From Minisyncoccota bacterium (GTDB taxonomy: Bacteria > Patescibacteriota > Minisyncoccia > Phycocordibacterales > UBA9973), in contig JANNRS010000054.1 of assembly GCA_031401615.1 (NCBI GenBank), positions 1-47,673 of the forward strand: a stretch of 47,673 bases of DNA, written 5' to 3'. Under the pieces are notes generated by a model. The model did not search any database, was not told where the DNA came from, and worked only from the letters and a program-made list of their open reading frames with translations. Each line of letters starts with the position of its first letter. The stretch's first letter is position 1. This document shows, piece by piece, positions 47,264 through 47,673 of this stretch. The position numbers were made by a program, and so were the translations under genes.

Positions 47264-47673
47264 AACTCAGAGATTATCAACAAGATGCTTTCAATAAAAT
47301 AATTGAGGATATAAATATCCCAGGGAATTCTTTAGTCGTTATGCCAACAGCCTCTGGTAAATCTCATGTCATTGCCTCTACTGCAAGTATTTTGGAGCAT
47401 GTACTTATTTTACAGCCGTCTCAAGAGTTACTTTCTCAGAATAGAGACAAATTAATGTTAATTGTTAATCAAGAAGAAATCGGGACTTACTCGGCTTCAT
47501 TTAATGAACGAACTATAAAAAGATTCACCTTCGCAACAATCCAGTCCGTCTACACTAAACCTGAACTTTTTAAACATATTAAACTTGTCATTATTGACGA
47601 GGCACACAATCTTGCCCCAAGGGCGCTTGATACAATGTATACCTCATTCATTCAGGCAATTGGAAGCCCAAAA
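47260..47673 (+). CDS. SF2 DEAD/DEAH-box helicase, N-terminal part (runs off the window end, continues at base 142 via the overlap)
   Basis: Hand-translated MKLRDYQQDAFNKIIEDINIPGNSLVVMPTASGKSHVIAS...VIIDEAHNL. It has DYQ, Walker A PTASGKS and DEAH. It is not in the ORF track because no stop lies before the window end. Confidence 0.85.
   Translation, partial: MKLRDYQQDAFNKIIEDINIPGNSLVVMPTASGKSHVIASTASILEHVLILQPSQELLSQNRDKLMLIVNQEEIGTYSASFNERTIKRFTFATIQSVYTKPELFKHIKLVIIDEAHNLAPRALDTMYTSFIQAIGSPK
47533..47673. repeat. Terminal overlap copy 2 (identical to 1..141)
   Basis: See copy 1. Confidence 0.95.

Overview
The window is a complete dsDNA tailed-phage genome assembled as a circle. Bases 1-141 are repeated exactly at 47533-47673, giving a unique length of 47,532 bp. 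An SF2 DEAH helicase gene (47260..47673 continuing in 1..933) reads in frame through the junction. The genome is AT-rich, densely coded and uses the standard genetic code. I saw no tRNA, rRNA, CRISPR array, integrase, DNA polymerase or RNA polymerase. There are four transcription blocks. (i) A leftward early block (8762 down to 1307) holds about 35 small genes: RHH-type regulators, a MucR/Ros-type zinc-finger protein, small membrane peptides, a membrane-anchored lysozyme-like protein and a DnaQ/ExoX-like exonuclease. (ii) A non-coding control region of about 1.05 kb (8763-9812) holds divergent promoters, inverted repeats, an A26 tract and C-rich repeats. (iii) A rightward late block (9813 to 41019) holds terS, terL, portal, scaffold, decoration and major capsid genes, many fibre/adhesin proteins (beta-helix, LamG, tail-collar), a 1455-aa virion protein and a lysis cassette. 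It is followed by a small GC-richer island with two zinc-ribbon ORFs. (iv) A divergent replication/recombination region is centred on 43760-43834. Leftward it encodes an HTH protein, an SSB-like protein and a PD-(D/E)xK exonuclease. Rightward it encodes an acidic peptide, an HNH-AP2 endonuclease, a domain-permuted DnaG-type primase, a P-loop ATPase, the helicase and a RecU-like nuclease. The most notable observations are these. DnaA-box-type 9-mers (four perfect TTATCCACA) sit 32-34 nt upstream of the -10 elements of late promoters that lack a -35, and sit mirror-symmetrically around the replication-module promoters. A second promoter-like family, TAGAATAAGGGCAAA, occurs four times just after terminators. 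Shine-Dalgarno sequences are absent genome-wide except in the GC-richer island. All functional calls come from motif recognition by eye; no database search or computation was possible.
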